Shown here one piece after another: positions 28,836 through 38,379 of a stretch of DNA of 64,000 bases. Position 1 is the stretch's first letter; the number at the start of each line of letters is the position of its first letter. The notes beneath the pieces are model-generated. The model saw nothing but the letters and a program-made list of their open reading frames with translations, had not been told where the DNA came from and ran no database searches. This stretch comes from Alphaproteobacteria bacterium (GTDB lineage: Bacteria > Pseudomonadota > Alphaproteobacteria > SHVZ01): NCBI GenBank assembly GCA_016869285.1, contig VGEN01000005.1:182-64181 (forward strand). Direction: 5' to 3'. The position numbers were made by a program, and so were the translations under genes.

Positions 28836-30428
28836 CTACTCCTTGCTGATGTTCCAGAGCACCAGCTTGGAGGTCGGCAGCACACCCTTGATGTTGTTGC
28901 GCCAAGCATATTGCTGGTCGAACTGGCCGGTGACGACGTAGGGCATCACCTCCCACATCCGCCGGTGCAGCTTGTCGAGGATCTCCATGCGGGTCTTCTG
29001 GTCCGTCGCCTCGATGAATTGGACGCGGAGCTTCTCGCCTTCAGGATCGGTCGGCCAGCCGGCCCAGCTGCCTTCGGGATTCAGCACGACGCCGATATTG
29101 GTCAGCGGGTTGTGCCAGGTCGACCAGGAGTTGGTCGTGGTGAAGATGTTCCAGTGGCCCGGCTGGCCCACCGGGTTCTTGTTGGTGAGGAAGCGGGTCA
29201 GCGTCGTGCCCCAATCCGCCCACTCGACCTCGGCCTTGACGCCGATTGCGTTGAGACCGGCCGCCAGCACCTCGGCCTGGGCGCCGATCTGCGCGATCTC
29301 GCGGGTCGAGGTGATGACGATCCGTTCGCCCTTGTATCCCGCCTCCTCGAACAGCTTCTTGGCGCGCGCCGGGTCAGCCTTGCGGTAGGGCTCGGAACCG
29401 ACCTCGGTGCCGTAGACCGATTTGCAAACAAAGAAGGAGAAACACTCGTTCCAGTTTTTGTTGCCGAACGCTGTCCGCATGAAGTCTTCCTGGGGGACGA
29501 CGAGAGCCAGCGCCTGGCGCGCCTTCGGGTTGTTGAAGGGCGGGTGCAGCGCGTTGGCCCGGATCGCGCCGAAGCCGCCGACCGGGGCCAGCTTCGAGAC
29601 CGTGATCTGATTCGAACGCTCGAGCTGCGGCAGCACGTCGGAGGCCGGGCCGTCGATGAAGTCGACCTCGCCCTTGAGCAGCGCCGAGGCCGCGGTCTGC
29701 GGATCGGGGATGACCTTGAAGATCAGCTTGTCGACCTTGGCCTGGCGGCCACCGGCCATGCCGTCCGGCGGCTCGGCCCGCGGCACGTAGTCGGCGAATT
29801 TGGCGTAGACGACCTCGTCGCCGGGCTTCCACTCCTCGCGGACGAATCTGTAGGGACCCGAGCCGATCTGCGCATCGGCGCCGACCGCGGTCATCGGATC
29901 GATCAGCGCTTCCTTCTCGCGCATGATTGCCGGGTAGTTGCCGGCATGGTTGCCGAGCGAGTACTCGACCCATGAATAGGGCTGCTTCAGCTTGAAGACG
30001 AAGGTCTTGTCGTCCACCGCTTCCAGCGAGGCAAGCACGCCGGCAAGCCTGCGGCCGATACCATCGCGGATCATCCAGCGTTTGACCGAAGCGACCACGT
30101 CCTTGGTGGTGACGTTCGAGCCGTCGTGGAACTTGAGGCCGGGGCGCAAGGTCATCGTGTAGGTGAGCTTGTCGTCCGAGACCTTGTAGTCCTGGATCAT
30201 CTGCGGCTTCGACTGCAGATTCACATCCCAGGCGAAGATCTGGTCGTAGATGTTCGAGGCATGCATGGTCGTGATCGTCGCCGCCGCCTGCAGCGGATCG
30301 AGGATGCGGAGGTCGGCATGCGGGACGACATACACGACCTTCTGCGCCTCGGCCGGCATGGCCGTCATGGCGAGCGCCGCCAGCGGGGCGGCAAGGAACG
30401 CCAGGCGCTTGCGATTGAATGCCTTCAT
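28836..30428 (-). CDS. ABC substrate-binding protein, family 5 (paralog 2)
   Basis: Signal peptide; PHADLRILDPLQAAATITTMHA, SLGNHAGNYPA; ends VLPTSKLVLWNISKE. It is collinear with paralog 1. Confidence 0.92.
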   Translation of the reverse strand: MKAFNRKRLAFLAAPLAALAMTAMPAEAQKVVYVVPHADLRILDPLQAAATITTMHASNIYDQIFAWDVNLQSKPQMIQDYKVSDDKLTYTMTLRPGLKFHDGSNVTTKDVVASVKRWMIRDGIGRRLAGVLASLEAVDDKTFVFKLKQPYSWVEYSLGNHAGNYPAIMREKEALIDPMTAVGADAQIGSGPYRFVREEWKPGDEVVYAKFADYVPRAEPPDGMAGGRQAKVDKLIFKVIPDPQTAASALLKGEVDFIDGPASDVLPQLERSNQITVSKLAPVGGFGAIRANALHPPFNNPKARQALALVVPQEDFMRTAFGNKNWNECFSFFVCKSVYGTEVGSEPYRKADPARAKKLFEEAGYKGERIVITSTREIAQIGAQAEVLAAGLNAIGVKAEVEWADWGTTLTRFLTNKNPVGQPGHWNIFTTTNSWSTWHNPLTNIGVVLNPEGSWAGWPTDPEGEKLRVQFIEATDQKTRMEILDKLHRRMWEVMPYVVTGQFDQQYAWRNNIKGVLPTSKLVLWNISKE

Positions 30429-30478
30429 CCGTTTCTCCTGAGATCCGTCGGCCGCAAAGCGCGGTCAATCGTGAGCCC

Positions 30479-30510
30479 ACTGTCTAGCCGCCGGCGCTCA
30501 CCTGTCAATT
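30479..30510 (-). promoter_or_regulatory. Putative sigma70 promoter of SBP paralog 2
   Basis: AATTGACAGG..GGCTAGACAGT. Confidence 0.55.
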
Positions 30511-30623
30511 TCGCGGTCGGGCCGGCGAAACCCGGCGTTTCACCCGCCGGGCTGGGGCCTTGCCCGCGTCCTTGAGCGCCCCCTAGGCTCGCGCTCTCGA
30601 ATCCTCCGGAGACCTCCCTCGCC

Positions 30624-31652
30624 ATGGCCCAGACACTTCGTGTCGGCGTGACCCGCGATGCCCTGCTCGACGGCACCAAGCCCTTCTTCGATGCCTCGGC
30701 GCTCAAGATCCTCGACGGCGCCAAGGAGATCGCCTGGGAGTATCTGCCGGATACGAAAAAGGTCCTGACGGCCGACGACGCCGCCAAGTACGACATCATC
30801 AGCGTGGTCGCCGCCGGGATCGGCGCCGATGCGCTCGGCCGGGCGGACCAGAAGCTGAAGCTGGTCGCCGGGTTCGGCGCCGGCTACGACAACCGCGACG
30901 TCAAGGCTCTGACCGCGAATGGCGTGCTGATCACCAACAATCCCGATGCCGTGCGCCGGCCGATGGCGACGACGCAGCTCACCTTCATCCTGGCGCTCGC
31001 GCACAAGCTCAACCACAAGGACCGGATCACGCGCGCCGGAAGATGGACCGATCAGCGCCAGTACTACGGCGTCGGCCTCACGGGCCGTACCCTGGCGACG
31101 CTTGGCTTCGGCAACATCGCCAAGGAGCTGTTCCGCATCTGCAAGCCGCTCGACATGAAGTTCATCGCGCACGACCCCTATGCCAAGCCGGACGACGCAA
31201 AGGCGCTCGGCGTGACGCTGGTCGACTACGACACGCTCTTTCGCGAAGGCGACTTCGTTTGCGTCAACGTGCTCCTGAACGACTCCACGCGGAAGCTGGT
31301 CGGCGAGAGGGCCTTCAGCCTGATGAAGCCGACCGCCTACTTCATCTCGGCGGCGCGCGGGCCGATCGTCGACGAGAAGGCGATGTACAAGGCGCTCTCC
31401 GAGAACCGCATCGCCGGCGCCGGCATCGATGTATTCGAGCAGGAGCCGACGCCGCCGGACAACCCGATCCTCAAGCTCGAGAACGTCTTCGTCTCCCCGC
31501 ACTCGCTCTGCCACACCGACGAATGCAACCGGCTACTCGCCGAAGGCTCGTTCCGATCGGCCACCGCCTATGCGCGCAAGGAGACGCCGCCGAAGCTGAT
31601 CAATCCCGACGCGCTGCAGCATCCGCGCCAGAAGGAATGGTTCGGGAAGTAG
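30624..31652 (+). CDS. D-isomer-specific 2-hydroxyacid dehydrogenase family
   Basis: GAGYDN, LGFGNIA, AARGPIVDE (Arg), DVFEQEP (Glu), SPHS (His). Confidence 0.9.
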   Translation: MAQTLRVGVTRDALLDGTKPFFDASALKILDGAKEIAWEYLPDTKKVLTADDAAKYDIISVVAAGIGADALGRADQKLKLVAGFGAGYDNRDVKALTANGVLITNNPDAVRRPMATTQLTFILALAHKLNHKDRITRAGRWTDQRQYYGVGLTGRTLATLGFGNIAKELFRICKPLDMKFIAHDPYAKPDDAKALGVTLVDYDTLFREGDFVCVNVLLNDSTRKLVGERAFSLMKPTAYFISAARGPIVDEKAMYKALSENRIAGAGIDVFEQEPTPPDNPILKLENVFVSPHSLCHTDECNRLLAEGSFRSATAYARKETPPKLINPDALQHPRQKEWFGK

Positions 31653-31658
31653 GGCCTG

Positions 31659-32201
31659 CTAAGGCGAGCGGAAGAACAGCATCAGCGCCAGGGTCAGCAG
31701 GAAGAGGTTCACCGTGAAGGTGATCTGGACGCCGGGCGAGCGTCCGAGCGAGCCCAGGCGGAAGTAACCTCGCCAATAGGCGAAGCGCGCAACCAGGAAG
31801 ACGACGCAGACGATCGGAACGAGCCGCGCCTCCGCCGGCGTCAGCATCGGCGCCACGGCGAGGAGGCAGATCGAGAACCAGACGAACTGTTCGAGCGTGT
31901 TCTGCATCGCCAGCCGATGCACCTGCAGACGATGGCTCTCCTCGCCTCGCATCGGATCGTGCGAGCCCTCGAAGAAGCGGATGCCGGCGATGACGAGGCA
32001 GACGACAACGTAGGGCAACATCGCGACGACGAGCCAGCGTGCCGCCAGGGCCAGCCGCGCCGCCGGGTCGTCGACGCCGGAGAGCGCTGGCGCCAAACTA
32101 TAGGCGAGCCAGATGACGGCAAGCGTGCCGGGAACCGTGATCCACGCCGGACGGAGGATGATCTGCTTGCGCTCCGCCTTGTCCGGGCCTTCGCCGCTCA
32201 T
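31659..32201 (-). CDS. MAPEG-family membrane protein
   Basis: About four hydrophobic segments; QNTLEQ motif; VARFAYWRGY. Confidence 0.7.
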   Translation of the reverse strand: MSGEGPDKAERKQIILRPAWITVPGTLAVIWLAYSLAPALSGVDDPAARLALAARWLVVAMLPYVVVCLVIAGIRFFEGSHDPMRGEESHRLQVHRLAMQNTLEQFVWFSICLLAVAPMLTPAEARLVPIVCVVFLVARFAYWRGYFRLGSLGRSPGVQITFTVNLFLLTLALMLFFRSP

Positions 32202-32244
32202 GGCGCGAGTGTAGGAGAACGCGAACCGCACCCCAAGGCATCCC

Positions 32245-32790
32245 CTATCGCGATCCGCTCGCGAGCGGTACGCGTTCCACAGGGACCCGCGGTGCCGCAG
32301 CCGGAACGCCCTCGGTGCGGCGGAGCGCCGCCTGCTGCTGATTGACGAGCTCGAGCGCCTCGATCAGGCGGTCGTCGATGGTGTCGCCGGCCGGAAGCCC
32401 CGCGCCGCGGCGGAAGGCGACAATCGACTGCTTGGTGCGTTTGCCCATGACGCCATCCGGATTCCCGGAACCGTAGCCGACCTGTTCCAGCAGGTACTGA
32501 ACGCGGATGATCACCTTGCGGTCGACGACCAGAGGCTCAGGCGGCGGCGGTGGCGGCACCGTCGGCACGGCGGCGACAATCGAGGGTGCGAGAAGCGGGG
32601 CCGGAGGGGCAACCGCCACCGGTGCGGGCGGCGGCTCGGCGCGTGGCGGCGGCTGAGGTGCCTGCGGCGGGACAGCCACGGTCACCGTCGGTGCTGACGG
32701 TTCCGGCAGAGGACGCGGCCAGACGGCCCACAGCGCGATCGACGCTGCGGCGCCCAGAACGACTCCGATGACCCAAGCTGCTCGTCTCAC
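32245..32790 (-). CDS. Membrane-anchored proline-rich protein with a peptidoglycan-binding domain
   Basis: N-terminal TM, a Pro-rich linker, then VQYLLEQVGY..GNPDGVMGKRTKQSIVAFRRGAGLPAG (PG_binding_1 pattern). Confidence 0.75.
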   Translation of the reverse strand: MRRAAWVIGVVLGAAASIALWAVWPRPLPEPSAPTVTVAVPPQAPQPPPRAEPPPAPVAVAPPAPLLAPSIVAAVPTVPPPPPPEPLVVDRKVIIRVQYLLEQVGYGSGNPDGVMGKRTKQSIVAFRRGAGLPAGDTIDDRLIEALELVNQQQAALRRTEGVPAAAPRVPVERVPLASGSR

Positions 32791-32830
32791 GGAGCCATTC
32801 TAACGCGGGACGCGGCGCTTTCTTGTCCTC

Positions 32831-33406
32831 TTACGTCGCCGGCGGCAGGGATCTGGTGCCGACGCCGTCGACCAGCCTTTTCGCCTCAGCCATGTCCATC
32901 TGCGTACCGGCGGGCTTGCACACGATCGCCGTCACCCGCTCGGAGATCTGCGATCCCGACCGGGCATATTGCGCGACCACGCAAGGGCGATCCGTTCCCT
33001 GCGGCCGGTAGGTGAAGAGGCGGAACTTCCCCTCGGCATTGCCGCGGAAGTACGGATGCTCGGCGCGGCTGAAGACGAGGTTCTTGTCGGCGATCCAGTC
33101 CAGGTCCTCGACCACGGCCCGCAACCCCGCATCCCGCCAGGTCGCCGGACTGCCGAGGAATTCGTACCAGAAGACGCCGAGCGTGCCGGCGGCGGCATAG
33201 CCGGCCTTGTCGGTGGTCGGCATCGCCGGCGCACCGTCCTTCGCCGGCTGCCCTTCGGCGCGGTCGAAGTAGGTCGGCTTCGCATCCTTGAGCGCCGGGA
33301 TTGCCACGACCAGAGCGGACTCAGTCGGCTCGATCCTCTTCCACTCCTGGGCCGCCGCGGAAGCGGAGCCGACAAGAAGTGCGAACAGGATGACGAAGGC
33401 GCGCAT
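32831..33406 (-). CDS. Hypothetical secreted protein
   Basis: Signal peptide MRAFVILFALLVGSASAAA|QE, GC3-rich codons, two Cys; no family recognised. Confidence 0.7.
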   Translation of the reverse strand: MRAFVILFALLVGSASAAAQEWKRIEPTESALVVAIPALKDAKPTYFDRAEGQPAKDGAPAMPTTDKAGYAAAGTLGVFWYEFLGSPATWRDAGLRAVVEDLDWIADKNLVFSRAEHPYFRGNAEGKFRLFTYRPQGTDRPCVVAQYARSGSQISERVTAIVCKPAGTQMDMAEAKRLVDGVGTRSLPPAT

Positions 33407-33438
33407 GCGATGACGGTAGCGACGCCCGCTGCTGCTGG

Positions 33439-34500
33439 CTACCGCCTTCCCGCGCGCAGCCTGCCGACGATGCCGGTCGGGAAGAAGTAAACTGAGAGCA
33501 CGAAGAGGATACCGAGCCAGAGCAACCAGCGGTCGGGATGCAGGAGCTGCGGCAGCAGCGGAATCCCCGATGTCGCCGCCGAGAGCTTCGCCATTACGAG
33601 CTGCAGGTAGTTCTGCGCCAGGATGAAGATCACGGCCCCGAGCACGGCGCCGTAAAGCGTGCCCATGCCGCCGATCACCACCATGAGAAGGATGTCGATC
33701 ATGATGGCGAAGCTGAGCGTAGTGTCGGGCCCCGTATAGCGGAGCCAGAGCGCCATCAGCGCACCCGCCAGCGTCGCCATCGCCGCGGAGAGCACGCTCG
33801 CGACAGTGCGATAGACGACGACACGATATCCCAGCGCCTCGGCGCGGAACTCGTTCTCGCGGATCGCCTGCAGCACGCGCCCGAAGGGCGAGTTGACGAT
33901 GCGTAGCGCCGCGAGGAACAGGAGAAGCGAAGAGAAGAAGACGATATAGTAGCTCAGCATCCGCCCGGTGATCGAGACACCAAGCACCGGCTCGTCGAAC
34001 AGGCGGAATGACGGGCGAAGTACCATCGGTACGCTGTAGCTGCGGCCATCCTCGCCGCCGGTGATGTCGCGGAGCTGGGAAGCGAGCACGGCGAAGGCCG
34101 AGGCGACGGCGAGCGTGATCATGGCGAAGAAGATCGCGCGCACCCGCAACGAGAAAAGGCCGATGATCACGGCCAGGATCAGCGAAGCCAGGAGCGCCAG
34201 CGCAATGCCGATGCCCATGGCCCCCCAGGTCGCGCTGATGCCGTGCATGGCGATCGCGATGCCATAGCCGCCGATGCCATAGAACATCGTGTGCGCGAAC
34301 GACACGATGCCGGTATATCCCAACAGCAGGTCGTAGCTCGCCGCCAACACGATGAAGACACAGATCTTGGCGGCGACGTTGAGCGACTGGCTGCCGGGGA
34401 AGAGGAATGGTGCGCCGGCGAGCGCGACAAGGACGATCATGAGCACGGCGCCGAGCGCGTGCGAACGCGGAAGATCGCCCGATAGCAGGTGACGCAGCAT
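33439..34500 (-). CDS. Branched-chain-type ABC permease (LivM-like)
   Basis: LLGYTGIVSFAH, FAMITLA, TGGEDG, SPFGRVLQAIRENEFRA, GGMGTLYGAVLG. Confidence 0.92.
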   Translation of the reverse strand: MLRHLLSGDLPRSHALGAVLMIVLVALAGAPFLFPGSQSLNVAAKICVFIVLAASYDLLLGYTGIVSFAHTMFYGIGGYGIAIAMHGISATWGAMGIGIALALLASLILAVIIGLFSLRVRAIFFAMITLAVASAFAVLASQLRDITGGEDGRSYSVPMVLRPSFRLFDEPVLGVSITGRMLSYYIVFFSSLLLFLAALRIVNSPFGRVLQAIRENEFRAEALGYRVVVYRTVASVLSAAMATLAGALMALWLRYTGPDTTLSFAIMIDILLMVVIGGMGTLYGAVLGAVIFILAQNYLQLVMAKLSAATSGIPLLPQLLHPDRWLLWLGILFVLSVYFFPTGIVGRLRAGRR

Positions 34501-35486
34501 CAGCGCTTCGCCACCGGATAGAGGCCCTGCGGCCGCCACACCAGGATCGCCAGCATCAGCAGAATATTGGAGACCGGCGCCAGCTTCGGCATCAGGAAGC
34601 CGGTGTAGTTGGCGAGCAGCGCCAGGAGGATCGATCCCGCGAAGCAGCCGCCAACCGAGCCCAGCCCGCCGATGATGATGGCGATGAAGATCAGCACCAT
34701 CATCTCCATGCCCATCGAGGCGACCAGGATCTGCCGATAGAGGGCCCAGAGCACGCCGCCGAGGCCGGCCAGCGCCGATCCGGCGACGAAGACGCCGATA
34801 AAGATCTTGCGGATATCGTAGCCCAGCGCCTCGACCATCTCGCGGTTCTCGACGCCGGCGCGGATCAGAAGACCAATGCGCGTGCGGTTGAGTCCGATGT
34901 ACATCGCGGCGAACACCGCGAGCCCGAGCACGATGGCGAAGACGCGAAAACGCTCGACCGCGGCATCGCCGATCAAAAAGGAGCCGCGCAGCGTCTCCGG
35001 TAGGCGAAGCGGAATCGGGTTGGCGCCCCAGAGCGCATGGATCAGCTGCTCGGCAACGATGAGGCCGCCGGTGGTGATCAGGATCTGCTTCAGATGCTGG
35101 CCGTAGACCGGACGGATCACCACCCGCTCGAAGGCATAGCCCAGTGCGCCGGTCGCGGCCGTCGCGACGAGGATCGCCAGTCCGACCAGCGAGAGGTTGA
35201 GCACGAGCGAATCCGCCGCGCCCCAGGCCGCCAGCGGTACAAAGACGAGCAGCGCCACATAGGCGCCGATCGAGATGAAGACACCATGGCCGAAATTGAT
35301 GACGTCCATGAGGCCGAAAACCAGCGTGAGGCCTGAGGACATCACGAAGATCATCATGCCCATGGCGAGCCCGGCCGCGGTCAAGGTCAACCAGGCCGCC
35401 GGATCTCCGACTAAAGGCAGAGCCAGCAGAGCCATGCCGATGATCAGGCCCAGCGGCACCCAGTCGATCTGCTTGAGATCCGTCAT
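34500..35486 (-). CDS. Branched-chain-type ABC permease (LivH-like)
   Basis: GLTLVFGLMDVINFGHG, TRIGLLIRAGVENREM, IIGGLGS. Confidence 0.92.
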   Translation of the reverse strand: MTDLKQIDWVPLGLIIGMALLALPLVGDPAAWLTLTAAGLAMGMMIFVMSSGLTLVFGLMDVINFGHGVFISIGAYVALLVFVPLAAWGAADSLVLNLSLVGLAILVATAATGALGYAFERVVIRPVYGQHLKQILITTGGLIVAEQLIHALWGANPIPLRLPETLRGSFLIGDAAVERFRVFAIVLGLAVFAAMYIGLNRTRIGLLIRAGVENREMVEALGYDIRKIFIGVFVAGSALAGLGGVLWALYRQILVASMGMEMMVLIFIAIIIGGLGSVGGCFAGSILLALLANYTGFLMPKLAPVSNILLMLAILVWRPQGLYPVAKR

Positions 35487-36208
35487 TGATGGCGGTCCAG
35501 GCTGAGACCAAGCAGGCGATGCTGCAGGTCGACGTCCTCGGCAAGCTCGCCCATGGCGCCGGCGTGGACGATGCGACCGTCATCCATGACCGCGACCGTG
35601 TCGCCGAGCGCCTTGGCAGCGGCGAAGTTCTGCTCGACCAGCAGGATGGTCGCGCCGGAGGCCTTCAGCTCGCGGAAGGCCGAGATCATGTTGGCGACGA
35701 TCGCCGGCGCCAGCCCCTTGGTCGGCTCGTCGACCAGATAGAGCGTCCTCGGCTCGATGATCGCGCGTGCGATAGCCAGCATCTGCTTCTGGCCGCCCGA
35801 GAGCGCTCCAGCGGCGAGCTGGAAGAACTTCTCCAGCGCCGGGAACAGGCCGAACACCCATCTCAGGCGCTCCGCATCGATCTCTCCCGAGCGTGCCGCC
35901 AGCACGAGGTTCTCGCGCACCGTGAGGTCGGCGAAGATGCTCATATTCTCGGGAACGTAGGCGAGGCCTGAGCGCGCGATCGCGGGCGTCGGCCGCTGCG
36001 TCACGTCCTCGCCAGACAAAGTCACGCGCCCGGCCGAGGCACGCCATAACCCCATGATCGTGCGCAAGGTCGAGGTCTTCCCTGCCCCGTTGCGCCCCAG
36101 CAGCATGGTGACGCCGCCCGCCGGCACGACGAGGTCGACGCCATGCAGAATGTGATAGCGCCCGACATGGGTGTGGACGCCAGAGAGCGAGAGAAGCGCC
36201 GTGGTCAT
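35483..36208 (-). CDS. ABC ATPase (LivF-like)
   Basis: GRNGAGKTS, LSGGQKQMLAIAR, LVDEPTKGLAP. Confidence 0.93.
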   Translation of the reverse strand: MTTALLSLSGVHTHVGRYHILHGVDLVVPAGGVTMLLGRNGAGKTSTLRTIMGLWRASAGRVTLSGEDVTQRPTPAIARSGLAYVPENMSIFADLTVRENLVLAARSGEIDAERLRWVFGLFPALEKFFQLAAGALSGGQKQMLAIARAIIEPRTLYLVDEPTKGLAPAIVANMISAFRELKASGATILLVEQNFAAAKALGDTVAVMDDGRIVHAGAMGELAEDVDLQHRLLGLSLDRHQ

Positions 36209-36963
36209 GCCACCGCTTGGCCCAGATAGGCTTCCTGCACCACCGGCGAGGCGATCACCTCGGCGGGCGGACCATCGGCGACGAGCTGGCCGTTATGCAG
36301 CACAATGATGCGGTCGGCGAGCGAGCGCACCACGTCCATCTTGTGTTCGACCAAGAGGATGGTCGCGTCTGAGCGCGCCTTGATCCCCTGGATCAGCTCG
36401 AGGATCGTCGGCACCTCATCGACGCTCATGCCGGCGGTCGGCTCGTCGAACATGAAGATGTCGGGTTCGAGCGCCAGCATCAGCGCGACCTCAAGCTTCC
36501 TCTGGTCGCCGTGCGAGAGGGACGCCACCGTCGCCAGACGGCGCTCGGCGAGCCGGACGCGATCCAGCATGGCTTCGGCCTTCTCGATCAGGATCGCGCG
36601 ATCACTCCAGAGGCTCACGAGGTCGAGCCCGACGCCGGCGCGGCTCTGCACGGCGAGACGCACATTCTCGGCGACTGTGAGGTTGGGAAAGAGATTGGTG
36701 AGCTGGAAGGCGCGGCCCATGCCGCGATGCGTGCGGGCCGAGACCGAGAGGCCGGTCATGTCCTCTCCCTTCAGCAGGACCGTGCCGAACGTAGCCTTGA
36801 GCTGGCCGGAGATCAGGTTGAAGTAGGTGGTCTTGCCCGCTCCGTTCGGCCCGACGATGGCGGTCAGCGTACCGGCGCGGAAGCTGCAGCTCACCTTGTC
36901 GACGGCGACATGGCCGCCGAAGCGGATCGTGAGCTCGCGCGTCTCCAGTGCCGGAGCGTCCAT
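36205..36963 (-). CDS. ABC ATPase (LivG-like)
   Basis: GPNGAGKTT, LSHGDQRKLE, DEPTAG, VEHKM, VQEAYLG. Confidence 0.93.
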   Translation of the reverse strand: MDAPALETRELTIRFGGHVAVDKVSCSFRAGTLTAIVGPNGAGKTTYFNLISGQLKATFGTVLLKGEDMTGLSVSARTHRGMGRAFQLTNLFPNLTVAENVRLAVQSRAGVGLDLVSLWSDRAILIEKAEAMLDRVRLAERRLATVASLSHGDQRKLEVALMLALEPDIFMFDEPTAGMSVDEVPTILELIQGIKARSDATILLVEHKMDVVRSLADRIIVLHNGQLVADGPPAEVIASPVVQEAYLGQAVA

Positions 36964-37020
36964 CGTCCTCCCCTGAAGCGAGCGGAGCGGCTCTTGAGGC
37001 CGCCCCTGCCCTTCTCAAGC

Positions 37021-38223
37021 CTAGCGCTTGTTGCGGATCGGCACCGGGATGGCCGAGGCCGGGATCTCCTGCACGAGCTCAAGCAGGTCGTACTGGTCCT
37101 TGCCGTCCTTCTTGACCCGGAAATGATACATCGACTGCATCGCCTGATGGTCATCCTTACGGAAGGTCATCTTGCCCTTGGGCGTGTCAAACTCCATGCC
37201 TTCCATGGCGGCGATCAGTTTCTCGGTATCGGTGCCGCCGGCCTTGGTGATGGCGGCGAGTACCGCTGAGGCCGCGGCCATACCACCGGCAGTGAAGAAG
37301 TCGGGCGGCGCGTTGAAGCGCTTCTGGTGTTCGGCGACCAGCCAGTCGTTCATCAGGTTCTTGGGGAAGCCATAGTAGTAGTAGATGGCGCCTTCCATCC
37401 CCGGATAAGCCTTGTAGGGCGCCATCGCCGGCAGGATGTTGCCGCCCGGCGCGATCTCGATGCTGAAGCGTTCGGGCTTAAGGTCCGCGATCTTGGTCAG
37501 CGGATGCGGTCCCGCCCAGATGATCACGATCACCTTGCGGCCCGGCTTGTCCTTGAGTGCATCGAACAGGCGCTGCGCCGAAGCGGTGAAGTCGGTGGTG
37601 TTCTGCGGCGCGTACTCCTCGAACACGACCTTGGACGGGCTCTTGACCGCTTCCAGCGCCTCCTTCATCGCCTTCACGCCGTCGCGGCCGAAGGCGTAGT
37701 CTTGGGCGAGCGTGGCGATCTGCATCGGCTCCTTGGAGAGCGCGACCGCGGCGGCAATGCCGTCCTGGCTCGAATTGCGGCCGGTTCGGAAGATGTAGCG
37801 GTTCCACTTGTCGCCGGTGATCGAGTCGGCGACCGCCGGCTCGACCAGCAAGACCTTCTTGTATTCCTCGGCGACCGAGAGCGCGGCGAGCGCCGCGGCC
37901 GAGGAGGTGGTGCCGACGGCGATGTCGACCTTGTCGTCGCCATAGGCCTGCTCGAGCAGCGACTTGGAGAGATCGGGCTTTAGCTGGTCGTCCTTGACGA
38001 TGACCTGGATCTTGCGCCCGTTCAGGGTCATCGTGCCCTTGGTCAGGAACTCGAGGCCCATCATGAAGCCGGCCTCGGTCTGCTTGGCATAGGCCTCGAA
38101 CGGACCGGTCTTGCCGGCGATCAGCGCGATCTTGAGATCCTGCGCCGCGGCGGCGCCAAACGAGAGCGCGAGCGCGGCGGCTCCGCCCACGACGACACGA
38201 AGCAATCCGGAAATTTCGCTCAT
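37021..38223 (-). CDS. Branched-chain-type (LivK-like) substrate-binding protein
   Basis: Signal peptide; GKTGPFEAYA, KDDQLKPD, VEPAVADSITG, YIFRTGRNS, TPKGKMTFR. Confidence 0.9.
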   Translation of the reverse strand: MSEISGLLRVVVGGAAALALSFGAAAAQDLKIALIAGKTGPFEAYAKQTEAGFMMGLEFLTKGTMTLNGRKIQVIVKDDQLKPDLSKSLLEQAYGDDKVDIAVGTTSSAAALAALSVAEEYKKVLLVEPAVADSITGDKWNRYIFRTGRNSSQDGIAAAVALSKEPMQIATLAQDYAFGRDGVKAMKEALEAVKSPSKVVFEEYAPQNTTDFTASAQRLFDALKDKPGRKVIVIIWAGPHPLTKIADLKPERFSIEIAPGGNILPAMAPYKAYPGMEGAIYYYYGFPKNLMNDWLVAEHQKRFNAPPDFFTAGGMAAASAVLAAITKAGGTDTEKLIAAMEGMEFDTPKGKMTFRKDDHQAMQSMYHFRVKKDGKDQYDLLELVQEIPASAIPVPIRNKR

Positions 38224-38251
38224 ACTCACCTCCCTAGATGGGCCATCGATC

Positions 38252-38269
38252 ATATGACGACTAATTCAT
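38252..38269. promoter_or_regulatory. Imperfect TetR-type operator upstream of the SBP
   Basis: ATATGACGACTAATTCAT; the first 10 nt are identical to the perfect site at 38352. Confidence 0.6.
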
Positions 38270-38280
38270 GTTTGACTTGA

Positions 38281-38309
38281 ACATAGAATGCCGCGCTGCG
38301 TTGCGTCAA
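38281..38309 (-). promoter_or_regulatory. Putative sigma70 promoter for the Liv-type operon
   Basis: TTGACG-N17-CTATGT on the minus strand. Confidence 0.55.
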
Positions 38310-38351
38310 TAGTGTTGTAAACATTGACTTATGCGCCGTTCGGGCGCAGTT

Positions 38352-38371
38352 ATATGACGACCTCGTCATAT
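38352..38371. promoter_or_regulatory. Perfect palindromic TetR-type operator
   Basis: ATATGACGA-CC-TCGTCATAT, 8 nt before the tetR start and downstream of TTGACT (38324-38329). Confidence 0.75.
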
Positions 38372-38379
38372 TAAATCCG

